DNA from: Pelagomonas calceolata
Lineage: Eukaryota
Assembly (NCBI GenBank): GCA_918797485.1
Contig: CAKKNE010000001.1
Span: forward strand, 2,728,001-2,792,000
Direction of reading: 5' to 3'
DNA: 64,000 nt
Shown: piece by piece, positions 62,198 through 64,000 of the stretch
How the letters are laid out: every line of letters begins with the position of its first letter
Numbering within the stretch: position 1 is the first letter of the stretch
Notes under the pieces: model-generated
Told to the model about the DNA's origin: nothing
Seen by the model: only the letters and a program-made list of their open reading frames with translations
Database searches by the model: none
Translations under genes and position numbers: made by a program

Positions 62198-62738
62198 GTT
62201 CACCTCGCTCTCGGTGGGCTCGTGGCCCACCACGAACGGCTCGCCGGCGGGTCCGACTCGGAGTCCCCCTAATTTCAAGTGAGCCTGAGCCTCTGAGATC
62301 ATTCGAGTTCCCTGCCACTTGGTGGCGGCGATTTTCTGGCTACGGGGTCCCAAAGGGTCCCTTTCTATGGCGCCGGGACCGGGGGGAAGGGGCCACCTTG
62401 AAAAATAACTATAGTCAATTCGGGTTTTGGGGTTACGGCCTCGGCCTAGCTAGCTTTGGTTCCTGCGGTTGCGTAGGTCAGTAGGATAGGATAGCCAGGA
62501 TCTGGCCTGGGGAGGGTTTTCGGGGGAGTCCCCCGCGAGCGTGTACGTGAGCTTGCTGCCGGTCGTAGAAGCGTGCGTCGTCGTCGCCGTGCCCGGGCCG
62601 CCGACGAGCCGGAGGCCGTCGATCTTGATCCGGGCGTACTCGCGCGCCGTCTAAGGGGCTTTGCCATCAGATTCTGGTGCTAACGTGCGGGTATTTCAGG
62701 CGCCTCTAGAGATCTCTAGAGGGCCAGCTCAATAAGCG

Positions 62739-62815
62739 TCTCTCTCTCCCTCTCTCTCTCCCTCCCTCTCTCCCTCTCCCTCTCCCTCTCTCTCTCTCTC
62801 CCTCTCTCTCTCTCG
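62739..62815. repeat. CT-rich microsatellite
   Basis: Imperfect (CT)n/(CCCTCT)n run. Confidence 0.9.
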
Positions 62816-62859
62816 CCTCTGGGCGGAACTTCTGAAAAAGAAAACTCACTTTTATGTAC

Positions 62860-63317
62860 GGGGCTGTGGTGCCTCCCCTTTAATAGCCCGAACCCCGCAA
62901 CTTACTACGAATGGGCCTCAGGGGGTGCCTCACATTCTGGCAGAGTGTGGGGCCCTGAAAATGCGAGGGGCCGGAAGGGCCCCCGCGCGAACCGTTGCGG
63001 CGAACGTCTCGCCAGTGGCGTTTCGCGCCGCGCTAGGCGACTGTTTGGGCAGTTCTCACTAAGAGCTGCCGTGTTTGCGCATCCTACCGACGCCGCGGGT
63101 GCCATGGTGGGCTTCGACGGGGAAATCACCAGCATAGAAGCAAGCGAGTTTTCACCACCTGAAAACCCGCGAGTTAAGCTAAATACCCGCACCCCATCTC
63201 GGGGGGGCTCGTGGCAAGCTAGTATCGCCGTGTGCTTAGGATGCCCCTGGGACCAAACGAGCAAGTTGCTGGTTCGGGCTATCAATTGAAAATCTCACCA
63301 ATTTGGCGTCAGGCCCC
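62860..63317 (+). repeat. Dispersed repeat R2, long copy (about 190-210 bp extra internally)
   Basis: Matches 7643-7884 at both ends. Confidence 0.88.
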
Positions 63318-64000
63318 TTTTCTATGCTGGTAATTTGGTCTCCCAGGGGCCCTCGGGTACCTATGGCGTGGGGCGGATGCGCAAGCGCGGCCGGGTACCC
63401 GATAGGCTGCCAGATAGGTAGCCTGGCGCGGCACGAAACGCCGCTGCGCTGGCGCCACGTCCGTAAGCCACCAAAATTTCGAGACCAAATCGTTCCGCTT
63501 GCCCGTTTCAGTCACGTCCTGGAGAGGTAAGCAGGCCCCTTAGGCTCGAATTACCCGCGGCCAAGACGTCTAGTTATAGGATACGGCAGTCACCACGGGT
63601 GCCGCAGGATTATGCCAATGTTCTTGTAGCAACTAGGACGGTTGCGGCTGCGACTGAAAAGGGGCAGGACTAAGAGTTCCTGCAAAAAGGGCAAGATTAT
63701 AGACAAGATTATAGATCCTTCACTTCGCCAGGCTGATTCACCTACTGATCATCTGGGCCTTCTAGCGGAGTATGCGATCAGCTCCTGGTTAAGTCTTTTG
63801 GGGGTATAATCATGCAAACTTATCTGTGGCATGCCAGTTGGACCATCATTCTAATACTATCATGTCCAAATCAATTACTCGTAGGCGATCATGTACAGGT
63901 CTTTCTACATCGGGCAGCTAGTTCAATCAATCAGATTTAACGTACTCTACGAGTGTGTTTGCGTCACCATGTCGGCTTCACTTGTGTGTGGCTGTGTCTT

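Overview
Eukaryotic nuclear DNA. The short (~40-70 nt) spliceosomal introns and the gene set (DNMT5, axonemal genes) suggest a stramenopile alga, possibly pelagophyte-like; the species cannot be determined from sequence alone. About 15 protein-coding genes are supported: androglobin-like calpain, AP-1 mu, a triple Sec66-like membrane protein, a dynein light chain, RPC2, a SAM-MTase/TPR protein, a ubiquitin-like-DRC2 fusion, CSE1, DRC10/IQCD, eIF3h, DNMT5, a TTC23-like protein and several hypotheticals. The 1-3 kb spacers hold several dispersed repeat families and one hAT-like MITE. The main discovery is that the non-coding DNA is littered with octamers obeying one rule, XY -> XY-C-revcomp(XY)-G-XY (e.g. 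ATCATGAT, TTCAAGTT, GTCACGGT, AGCCTGAG, GACTCGGA, CACTGGCA, TACTAGTA, GGCCCGGG). Comparing repeat copies shows that they arise as 6-nt insertions, and they nest recursively inside one another. This fits a stereotyped hairpin-type excision/repair footprint of a cut-and-paste element with a 2-bp TSD and C...G ends (inference). No transposase, rRNA, tRNA or CRISPR array was recognised. All alignments, counts and gene models were done by eye.
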